Shown here piece after piece: positions 39,250 through 50,028 of a DNA stretch of 64,000 bases. Source of the stretch: Utricularia gibba (Eukaryota; Plantae; Magnoliophyta). The translations under genes and the position numbers were made by a program. The stretch's first letter is position 1, and every line of letters starts with the position of its first letter. Under the pieces are notes generated by a model. It saw only the letters and a program-made list of their open reading frames with translations, was not told the DNA's origin and made no database searches. The DNA is taken from the NCBI GenBank assembly GCA_002189035.1, contig CM007991.1, positions 4,526,001 through 4,590,000 of the forward strand. The letters are read 5' to 3'.

Positions 39250-39900
39250 ATTTTAGCTTACCTTTTGAACATAACAGTATGGGTAGCGGTTGCATTGCCA
39301 AAATCCACAATCACATACTTGTTTTTTCACATTAACCTTACAAGACTCTATCCCATCTTTTGTCTTAAATGTGATTTCCTCCTCTTGCTCAAAGTAATTG
39401 TACACAATACAATTGAGTTAAGGTAGTAATCTGGATGCTGCATCATATTTATTTTGAATTTGTTCCGCAAATGAGATTCCTTTCGCTACTCTAACATTGG
39501 CGGCTACCTTGTATCGCTTGAAATATTTTCTGCTTTTCTCAAAGAGAACCTAAATATAATTTATCAGTGTCACAATTTGCATGTGGTCAAACTATAGATA
39601 ATAGTGTTACCTTTGTAATTTCCATTGGTAGCATCCGACGAGCTTCACACAATGCACCGTTGAGCATCTCTGCATGATTTATAGTCATGATTCAGAAGTA
39701 ACATGATGATACCATTGATTCACCATCATGATTCACCAAAAAGCATTGATGTTGCACTCGACTTTCATGCATATCTAAAATTTTTGATACTATTTTTGCC
39801 ATACCATAAAATTTGATGATCATAAATGCACTCGATGATAAACTTGCAATATCGTTAAGTGCATGGAGTCTCATAATTCTATATAAATTAGATTGAACGT
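39250..39900 (-). mobile_element. MULE/FAR1-like transposase relic with SWIM finger
   Basis: MTINHAEMLNGALCEARRMLP (MTTN.AES.N..L..AR.LP) and KVNVKKQVCDCGFWQCNRYPYC (degenerate SWIM). Confidence 0.7.
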
Positions 39901-40399
39901 ATGTCCTATTACTTAGGGAGTGTCGATAATGATACAATTATTCTATAAGTATTTCATATAACATGGTTACCATTTAAATTAGTAATGTGAATTGTAAAAT
40001 AGCATTTAGAAAGTTTGAATATTTTCTTTTCAATTTGGATTTCCAATCTACATGGGAATGGGCATCAAGTCTTTGCTACATTGACTCTACTTCAGGCTAA
40101 ATGTCTTCCTATTTTTATTTTATTATTGCGGAAATGAAAAGAAAAAAAGACAAAAGTTCATACGTGCTGCTGTTGTATCTCCCAGCCAACCCTCACATCA
40201 ATTTCACTATAAACAAGGCATCTCCAAATCATCCCCTCCTACACAACTTCTTCACCTCAATTCCTCGTACAAAGTTTTTTTTTCGCCTCTCCATTGACAA
40301 TGTTGATAGTCACTCATGAGAAATGGGAAGCTGGTGAATTGACGGCGAAGGCAATTGAAGAAAGTTCAGGAAAATTGAGAAAAAATTTCATCAGATACA

Positions 40400-42000
40400 T
40401 TTGGAAAGGCTTGAAGAAGTTGCACTTTTAGTAAATCCAAAATTGCACCTCTGGCTCAAAAGATTCGGTCATTATGGCATGAATAATCTAAGACCCTTGT
40501 AGAAAGATAAAATCATTAAAGAACAATCAAATATCAAATTCTCGGATTTTTGCTGCAGCACATGCCAAAAAGGAAAATCAACCAGACATCCCTTACATAT
40601 AAGTACAACCAAAAGCGAGGAAAAACTGGAATTAGTGCATATAGACATTTGCGGACCATTCAAAGAGCCATCCTTAAGTGGAAGTAAGTATTTTTTTTAT
40701 ATTTATTGATGACTATAGCAAATATTGTTGGGTTTATTTCTTAAAATCCAAATCAAAAGTGTTTGATCTATTCAAGAGATTCAAGGCAATATCAGAAAAA
40801 TAGAGTGGTCATAAACGGAAGAAATTTAGATCTGACAATGGAGGGGAGTTTTTACTGAAATTATTGAGTCAATACTACAACAATAAAGGCATCATTCATG
40901 AACTCACAGCACCCTACAGACCAGAGCAAAATGGAGTTAGTGAAAGGAAAAAGAGTACAATACTAAATATGGCGGGATGTTTGGTGTTCAAAAAAAAATA
41001 TGCCACTTGTTTTTCTCAGCAGAAGCAGTCTCAACATCAGTATATTTGTGAAAGTTACTTCCCTCAAGAGCCATAAATCGGAAAACTGCATGGGAACTTT
41101 GGTCAGGAAGAGAAATGTCTATTGGTCACCTGAAAATATTTGGCTCTACATGCTACGTACATGTCACAAAAGAAAAATGAACAAAGTTTGATGAACAAGC
41201 AAGGCTGGGAATTTTCGTCGAATATAGCCTTGTGGTCAAGGGATATAGAGTCTACTTTCCTGAAACAAAAGAATTAATCATCAGTAGAGATATAACGTTT
41301 GATGAGGAAAATTGTTATACATGGGATAACGCAAATTCTGTGTGTACAGAAACCACTTTGGACAAAAGGTCACACCTATCTCAAGAGCCACAATCAACTC
41401 AGCATCCTAGTATTTTTGCTGGAAATTCATCTAAGGACATTCCTAAATAGAATATTCGTGAGGAAAATGCAGAAGAGACAAGCTGCGGATATACTTACCA
41501 AAGCCCTCTTTCCAAGCCATTTTTCCCAAATTGGGGAACTTCTAGGGCTGCACCAAAATCCGATGAATACTATTGTTTCACCTCATGTGCATTCTCAAAG
41601 AGGAATGTTGACATGTGAGAACGAGTATGAGGTGAAGCAGCAACAATCTATTGAAAATGCAGGAGACGCAAACCAGGAAGATTGGAGGGCTACGAAAGAA
41701 AACAGGAGAAGCAAGAAGAAGACATGCTAGCATCTTGGACTTATTATATTGGATAGCAAATTGAGGAAATGGGCCACGAAAGATGACCCATGAATTGATC
41801 CACTCATGCTGTGTATCATGCCCATTGGTGTTACTATCAAGGCTGCCGAACACTTAGCCGAACAACGGCTAATTCCTCGATAGTAGGCAACCGTTAATAG
41901 TTTTTACTATAAATAGGTGTATACTATCATAACCAAGATGTGCTCTTTATGTTGTGCAAAACTTGGGTTGAGAAAAAATCTCTTTCACCAAACCATATCA
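40400..42000 (+). mobile_element. Internally deleted copia element C with 3' LTR
   Basis: Integrase [49 protein letters not shown]. Jumps directly to the RNase H end ADILTKAL with RT missing. Purine tract then TGTTGA at 41606, TATAAATA inside, ends ...ATCA at about 42000. Confidence 0.78.
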
Positions 42001-42029
42001 ATACATGTTTCATACATTCATTACTTACA

Positions 42030-44019
42030 ACCATATACTCTCAACCATTGCTATCAAAGGAGGTCATATGTTCGTGCAGCAAACATGTTGTTGGAATGAA
42101 GAAAACTCTGGTCTTTTACTAGGGGAACCCCCAAAGGGATGTAAAACTAATTGGATCATGTACGAGTATCGTCTACAGAACCCCTGTCAACAAACCCAGT
42201 TTTCAGCGGATGCAAATTTCCTCATATCTGCTGAAATTTCGATCACTTAAATGAAACAAATGGAAGGTGAGGCATCCTGCCTTACATGTGTTGGATTTCT
42301 CGTAGACATCGTATGTAAGAAAAACAGCGGAATTTAAAAATTTTCGAGAAGCCCCAATCGCAAATCTTGGAATACGGTGTACGTCAAATAAAGGGATGCC
42401 GAAAATACCTTTCAAAGCACTATGTTGTTCACCAACCGCCAATAGAAACGGCCTCTATAGTATCCACATGTGAAGCACTCCGTCGATAACCTTCTCAAGG
42501 CTGTAGAATGCTGGTCATCCTCCTCAGGTGCTAGTAGAGAAAATCGCCTCATTGTGGATCAATCTCAGAGAGAATGAAGATGTCGAAGATCTGCAGATCT
42601 AATCTTTCTGATATATATTTGGTAACATATCAAATCATATCTCCGTAAAGATCTTATCTTGTGTAGATACATATATGTTCCAAATCTTATGTATATCCGA
42701 TCTTTTATTTTGAGTTTAATCAATATCAATTTCAAAATAACTCTCTAGTTAATTTATCCACTTTACCAATTACATCTCATGTAATTGTGTCATTCTATTT
42801 TATATTGATGAGTGACTCCACTATTGTGAGTAACCCTATAGACTTCTCAATCAAGTCTATAATAATGGATTTATTAATTAACTCTTAATTAATTAAATCC
42901 ATCATTATTGATTATAAGTGATGTCTAGCAACATATCAGGATCCCCAAGATGTAAAAATAATCAAGTGAACTAATTGAGACTTTTCATGACCAGCAACCA
43001 TGCAATGAACAGCTTTTATCATACTTATATCTTATTCGATATTAGAACATGGGTGTGTGTCTTTTTAATGTATCGAACTTATAATTGCATTCAAGCACTA
43101 ACACTCAATGACCTATTCAAACAATTCGAGTGTCATTATCTTGGGCCCAGGATTTATTATTAGGCTTTGATGCAATTAATTGAGATATGATCTCATAGCT
43201 AACATGATTGATGAATCCTTTATTGATCAATCAACTATCTCCAACCTTAAGGGGTCACATCCCTTCTCATCTAAACTAAACAAGTCATGGTTAGACTCTC
43301 ATTAGTAATGAGCGAAAATGTAAGCTTAAGATCAAGATAACTTTGTTAACCTCAAGTCTAAGTTTACTTGCATGGCTATCATATTCAAAATCTTGCTACT
43401 GACACTTGGTTAGCTTCTCATAGTAGCATCTCGAAAATGAATCCTCCAGTGAATCGATTCTCTAATCGACACCCACACATAGGTTTTAGTAATCTCATTA
43501 CATTAATTGTGAGAACCATTGCCTAATCAATTTAGGTAACTCAATGTGTGCTAGCTTATCCGTATTTGTGATATTCTCACTTCACAAATACTCTAGCCAG
43601 GGAGTTTTTAACTTGAATATAAATGCTTGAAAAATCTCACATTATGATCTCATCATAATTTCTATAACACATATATCAAGTAAAGGATTTTATTAATGAT
43701 GTAAACTTGATCACAATTCAAAGTAAACATCAAAAGATAAGATTTGTCAATAGTTGATTCTCTAGAACACATACACCAACAACATGTGCAGCAAATCTGG
43801 GGTCCGTGCAAGATATTCTTGAAGAAGAGGAAGGGCAAGAATGATGCACCTCATAGTCTTGCCAGGGCAGCACCGGTGCTTTGCGACTTGAATGTGATAC
43901 CTAAGAAATCGGCCTTGAAATCCAGCGGGGTAATCGAGCTATCAATCAGAAACGAGTCACTTGAACATGGAGATCATGGAGAAGAAAGCAGCCGCAGCAG
44001 CAACTGTTTCGTGAAGTAA
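42030..44019 (+). pseudogene. NAC transcription factor pseudogene fragment (NAC83/VNI2-like), interrupted by a solo LTR
   Basis: VVGMKKTLVFY, frameshift at about 42120, then GEPPKGCKTNWIMYEYRL (subdomains C and D). After the LTR, acceptor tgcag and exon 43792-44019: QIWGPCKIFLKKRKGKND (subdomain E) and DLNV...SSGVIELS.NES...EESS tail. No subdomain A or B found upstream. Confidence 0.8.
42289..43781 (-). mobile_element. Solo LTR (1493 bp), same family as 1928-3377, opposite orientation
   Basis: Plus-strand termini TGTTGG...CCAACA, perfect TSD ACATG (42284-42288 and 43782-43786). The reverse complement aligns with 1928-3377 at roughly 90 percent by eye over the first 400 bp compared. Confidence 0.94.
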
Positions 44020-44269
44020 ATAACCTTGTTAAGGGAGTTGTAGAAACGTCTAGATCCTACATAAACGATTCCACTGACTTCAGATTTCAGGCCGCTTTTA
44101 ATGACAGCATTTTGCATTTTCCGAATGGATAGTTCTGGGTTTTCCTTCAATTTGTTCAGATTCATGGATCATAAAAGAAGGTTATCATCATGCTGTTATT
44201 TGATTTGTCATCCACCTTGTAAAATGTAAAGAATAACTTATTTCATGGTAGTTTATAAATCTTTGATAT

Positions 44270-44610
44270 TTTTCGATTTAGAATTTAGGGGTTCAATTTT
44301 AAAATTTAAAATTTAATATTTATAATTTATAATTTAAGACCATTATATATTAGGTTTTCCAGATTTTGGATTAGTTTATTACGATTAAAAATTTAAGATT
44401 TAAGATTTTTTGAGTTTCATATTTAAATTTTAAAGTTTAAGATTTAAGTTTAGATCTTGGTATTTAGTTTTGTGATTTATTATTTGAGGGTTTAAGATTT
44501 CAGGTGTAAGTTTTCAACTTTCAGATTTAGACTTTAGGGTTTAGATTATGGAACTTTGGAATTTAGGATTATAATTTGAAGTTTAGAGATTAAGTTTTAT
44601 GTTAAATCTC
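44270..44610 (+). repeat. Degenerate 7-bp periodic array related to TTTAGGG
   Basis: Units such as tttaggg, tttagat, tttaaga, tttaaaa, tttataa, ttcagat. Only a few exact telomeric units are present. Confidence 0.6.
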
Positions 44611-46194
44611 AACATAATGTGATTTGAAAATAAAATTTAAAAATATGATATTTAGCAAAGAAATAATCATGGGTAGGACATTTGAAAAACAAGAAAAAGG
44701 CATGGTGAATCGCATGGGAATTCGTTGTCTAGAAAAATCAGCCTCTTATCACTTAAGCACAAGGAACTGAATCAGAATCTCTAAAGTTTCAGGAATGAAA
44801 TTCCCTCTGATCCTGTGCCTTCGGTTACTTGATACACCTTTCTTGTTACCATCTACTTAGGTCTCATTGATAAGATTCAGGTTATAAGTTGAGGCCAAAT
44901 GCAGTAAGGAGATCTTAAATCATAATCCCAGGATAGTGCAGAGTTACAGTACCATTTTTTTAGATCTTGCATTTTCCATCGCATGCTTCTCTGAGTTCAA
45001 CAGCAGTTGATCATAAGATATATTGTAACAAATAAGTTGCGAACCAGGAAAGTGGAGCACAATCCCCGGTTTTTTTGCTAACCACTTCCGTGGGAGGGGA
45101 TAGGCGGTGCGCGTCCCCCCAAGTAAGGTTGCTTACACTCCTTGCAACAATGACATGTTGTGAATTTTCCATGGCCCTATCACCAGGTTCAAACATTGCC
45201 GGCTCAACTTGCACAAAGTTCGCAACACATAAACCTGTAAAGGTGTAATTGTAGGACCCTTGTGTCAAGAACCGATGGACTGATTCTACACGCTGTTTCC
45301 AGAGATTGAAGCATTAAAATGGCCATAAATTATCAAGGATCAGTTCTCCACAAGTTTATACATCATGGAATGCTACTAGTCAACGGATACGTAGAACACT
45401 CAGCCGCATATAAATTACACAGATTATCTTTAGTAGTGCAGGTAGAAAAAAAAGAACCTGATATTGAAACGCATAAAATGCTTCCAAAAGTTGATAATCG
45501 ATTTTCTGGACTGAGAAAGGGACTCCGACTACGGAAATATCATCAAAATGGCTGGTAGATGATCGTCTTCTTTAATATTAAGGGTGTAGTTTGTGTGACT
45601 TATTTTACAAATTATGACTTAAATTAAAAATAAAAATAAGTGTTTTACAGAATACATCTACTTGTTCTAAAACTTAATTTCTACTTCTATTTCTACTTAT
45701 TTGTAACTTATTTCAATTTTAACTATTTCAACAACTTATCACATAAGTTGATAAAATGTGACTTACTCAATAAGTAGGTTATTTAATTTAAAATAGACTA
45801 ATTCTACTTATTTGGCATCTAATTGTATAATAACTTCTACTTATGAATTAAGTAGAAGTTATTGATTCAAAAATATAAACAACATTAAAACATGGGTAGA
45901 ACACTGAATATAAATGACAACCCTACACCTGGACTTCATATATTGATATGAGTTATCAAAACAAAAAAAAAGGAATTTTAGAAGTAAGGCCCAGAATACA
46001 AATGGCACAAGGACATGGGGCATAGTGACATCATCAAATGTCACAAAATGGATACCAAATGACAGAAAGCCTTGCATATGATCAAAGTTGAGGGATGGAA
46101 ACATGGGGCTGAGCACTCCTCTTTGCAGTTACTCGCCTAAGGTGGAAACATGCCTGACTATACGCATCCAACGATTGCACTAATATAGAACGCG

Positions 46195-46877
46195 TCAATC
46201 CTCCTTAGCCCCAGTCTGTGCTGCGTCCTGGGGAGGTGGTTCCGAACATGCCTTTAATACAGCTTCGTTCTGCAAGGAAATTATATTCACAAATCTCAAA
46301 AGATTGTTGGACTTTCCACAATCCTCAAAAACTCAACCAGACCCTATAAATCCACATACGACAGATCGATGAAGAACAATTGATATCAAAGATGAAGCAA
46401 AACCAGTTACACAAAGTGAGATAGATTTCTTCAAAGGACCTCGATAATGCACAGGTGGCAGAAAAAAGTCAGCAATAATTCAGCTAATACGTTCAAGAAA
46501 CCACAGAATTGATCATGCCCAATGAAACACATATACTATCCTACGAAACCCTTTCGCGGACCTTCAATCAAACACCTTTTGCGCATCGATGATCTTGACA
46601 AAAAGGCCGCGGCTACCAATGCGACGAAAACCCATCATCGAATGAACAATATAAAACACTCAAATAAAATCACCTTTTTCCCAAGGGAGAAGGAACAGAA
46701 TACAATGTCCGAAAAACGAAGAAAATTTATAAGCACCTGCCAAACGCGGCGGAGGCGTTTCTTGGCATTAGCTTTGCGAGTAGGAGTAAGCTTAATCCTC
46801 TTCCAAACAAGGCCTCCGGAGTCATGCTTCTTGACAATCTCCAACACTCTTGTCCCCAAGAACGCCCCCCACGCCAT
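46195..46877 (-). CDS. mL60: Small basic protein, 71 aa, 2 exons, probable mitochondrial ribosomal protein mL60
   Basis: Exon 1 46737-46877 MAWGAFLGTRVLEIVKKHDSGGLVWKRIKLTPTRKANAKKRLRRVWQ, GT-AG intron, exon 2 46195-46269 NEAVLKACSEPPPQDAAQTGAKED. GGLVWK...K...RLR resembles the yeast MrpL31/mL60 motif GGLLWK...K...RLR. The symbol is from memory. Confidence 0.75.
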
Positions 46878-49141
46878 CGCCGTCTGGTCTCTTCACCCTT
46901 CACCGAAAATCGCTTGCTTTGTTTCCTTCCAATTTATCCCTCATGGGCCACATTCGTTCCTTCCGCAAACCAACCCATTTTCAAATATGAGCCCACTTTT
47001 TTTCTTTGTCAGCCCGCATTATTTTTACTAAAAAGTAAAAAAATCATCGTTATATCTTAGTTTCTTTATTTTTTTTCTTTTTTTTGAAGTCTTGATTACC
47101 CCATATTTTTATAAAAAGAAATATTAAAAATATATTTATTAACGTATTTTTTTCGTGATCAAGGGGTGTTAAAATTAGATGCAGAATCCCGAGAAGGACA
47201 TGGGGTTTGGGTTGGATGTCTTGGACAGGAATCATTTTTGTTCAGGGAGGACGCCGCGTGTGTGGCTGGAATTTGAACGCAGAAGAGAAGATAAAGAGAG
47301 CAGGGCAGGCATACTCAAAGAAGGAAGAGATTAGGCTGAAAAATTCCGGCTCAAGGGACAGTTGGCGTGAGCCCATGCAGCAGCAGCAGCGGATGGCTCG
47401 AGATCCGCGCTTCTTGAATTATTTTCTTGTACTCTCACCGCATTCCGTTCTCGTCTTCGTACCTCATTCTCCACCCATACGGCTGCCTATTTATACCTCC
47501 TCTGCTCTGCTGTATAATTCAATTCCGATGAAAAATGGCGCATGACATTGCTCCGAAAAGAAGAAAGTGGGAGGTGGATCCTTTGGCGCGCATAGCCTGG
47601 CACCATGGAGGGAGGGAGGGAGACCCAACCCCACCAAGGTGCCACGCTGTGTGCGTCACAAGCTCCTTCTCCCTTTTACTGTCTTCCATCACCTACAGCT
47701 GCTTCCCCACTGATATAAGCTCTCGAAGGTGCGCTTGGGCAGGTTTAGTAATTTCGGGGTTGGAATCCTTGGTCTGTGCATGTAAAAATAATCGAAAAAA
47801 AAGAAACCCCATTTGTGAATCCTCAATGGTTTTGGTTGTCTCCTGGTGATCTTTGAACGCAGACGGATTCCAGGGAAACAGCATGCTGCTGATTGATCGA
47901 GTATTCAACGGGTACGGGCTCATCGCAGTTGATGCCTCAATAATCCCGGATCCCTTGCTCCATCCATCCTTCACCGGGATCGATTCGACTCTTGATAATG
48001 AATTGAACTGCTTTTCAATGTAATCATCAATTTTGGTAATGGATTGAGATAGATTTAATAAATTTTAATTATATTTTAAAATATTTTAAAAAATGAAATA
48101 TATTATCTGTTTAATTTAAATCGAATTTAATTTCAAACAGAGTACATGATCTTAAAATATTGGAATCCATTTTCTTGAAAAATGGAGGACGAGGTTTGGG
48201 CCTGCAGAGGGCCCAAAGTCCATCTGTTTTTGGGTCGCAAGGAATACTTTATCAGAGGAGCACAGACACTTACTCAGGCCCGCCGTGTGCCAAACACTCT
48301 TTCTAAAAATCCCGACACACGCACATATTAATATAATAATAAAATTTTATATTCCTATTTTTTAAAGTAGAATATTATATTAAAAAAACAGACAGGTCTA
48401 AAGCACGGTTAATCAAATTCAATCTAAATTCATAATCAAACATGAAAATAATAAATCTTTCAAAATATAATTAAAAATTATTAAACTAAATTTAACTTAT
48501 TATGAAACAATTCAACCCAAAATGAAGAATGCATGATGCGTTGAAGGTTTTTTCTTTTTTTACCAGCAGCTACTGTGGAGTAAAAACTATTGAATGAAAT
48601 CTGAAAAGGAGGGAGGATATGGCGCATTTGTCGTTGGTTCAAGGGCTCACGTGAGCGACGCAGAGAAGAGAAGAGAAGAGGCCGAAGGTTTAGGAGGCGA
48701 GGGTGGGGGAGGGGAGAGACTGACCTCACATCAGTGGTTATCAGATCTTTTACCACTGTAATTACTGACAGCCTTTACCCTCTTCCAATAGGAAACAAAA
48801 ACCAAGGCCAACCGAACGCGAGTGGAAAAAGGAAACAAGATCTGGATTCTTTTACATTTTACCCTCTTGATTTATTTAATTGCTTTACTTTTAACTCAAT
48901 AAACAGATGTTTTCAACTAACAAGGAAATAAAGGAATAGATAATTATAGTATGGTAATTTATGGTGATGTCACCTGGACTTGAGGGGAGGGGGAGGAGGA
49001 GGGGGCGCTTTTTATTCTCTGCTGCTGCGTCCATTCTTAATATTTTATTTTCTGGTATAAAGACGGCGGCACCGGACCTCCTCTTCTCTCCGCCTGCCGG
49101 ACCCCGGGTCTCAATCTTCCCATCTTCCCTCTCTGAGAAAA

Positions 49142-50028
49142 ATGTCTGGCCCCAATATGGCTACCATCACCCATTCTCTCGAGAGATCCTTGCAAAACTG
49201 CACCTTGAACAACAATCAGAGCCTCCCACAGCCGGCGCAGGTTCGCCGGAGGAAAGTACCGATTCGCCGCCGGTCGCCGCTTCAGGTCCCACCTTGGAAC
49301 TCAATTCGGACTCCGCTCTGCCTTTTCACTGGGAGCAATGCCTCGATTTAAAGGTTCTTCTCTCCCTCCCTCACCACACGTTATTTATTGGGCGTGTTTT
49401 TTTTATGTGCGTCTGCATTTATTACATGGAAACCTTGACGGATCTTGCCTCCCTGAAAAGTGAACACAAGTTCCTCTTCATTAATGTTGCTTATTTATTG
49501 CTTCCCTCTCGCTCATTTACCTCCTCTTTAAATACCTCTTTTAATGAAGGGAATGACTGTAGTGTACAGTGGAGGCAAAGCCCCAGCCAAACATGGGTTT
49601 CGATTTTTTAGCTCCGATTTTGCTTGAAACTGTTCACGAGTTCTGACCTTTTGAGTGAATTGCAACAGACTGGAGAAATATACTACATAAATTGGACGAC
49701 TGGGATGAAAGCCAAGCATGATCCACGCGCTGCGTGTATATTCAGGTATTCCTCTGATGAGGAGGAAGATTGCAGTTCATATGACGGTGACGATTCATCT
49801 TCTGAATCGTCACTCGCTTCATATAGAGAACCCAGGATTGTTAACAGTGCCACTGAAGAGAAAGGTGATGAAGAAACCGAGAGTCACATTAGTTCTCTTA
49901 ACGTTCTTGTAGTAGCTGGATGCAAAATCTGTTTGATGTATTACATGGTTCCCAAGAAGCACGATATCTGCCCCAAATGCAGCGGCCAGCTCCTGCATTT
50001 CGATACATCATTTAATGGCTCCTCTTGA
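49142..50028 (+). CDS. CFL1: CURLY FLAG LEAF 1-like WW-domain protein, 2 exons, one apparent 1-nt frameshift
   Basis: PNMATITHSLERSLQNCTL, TLELNSDSALPFHWEQCLDLK then TGEIYYINWTTGMKAKHDPR (WW), C-terminal LVVAGCKICLMYYMVPK...CPKC. Exons 49142-49353 and 49669-50028. Frameshift near 49222-49227. Confidence 0.85.

Noticed and set aside
43974-44165. 63-aa minus-strand ORF weakly resembling a MuDR segment
   Set aside because: Too short and motif-poor to assign.
47560-47590. GGAGGTGGA partial match to miR394 and GCCAAAGGA partial match to miR399
   Set aside because: Only 9-nt matches with no complementary arm.
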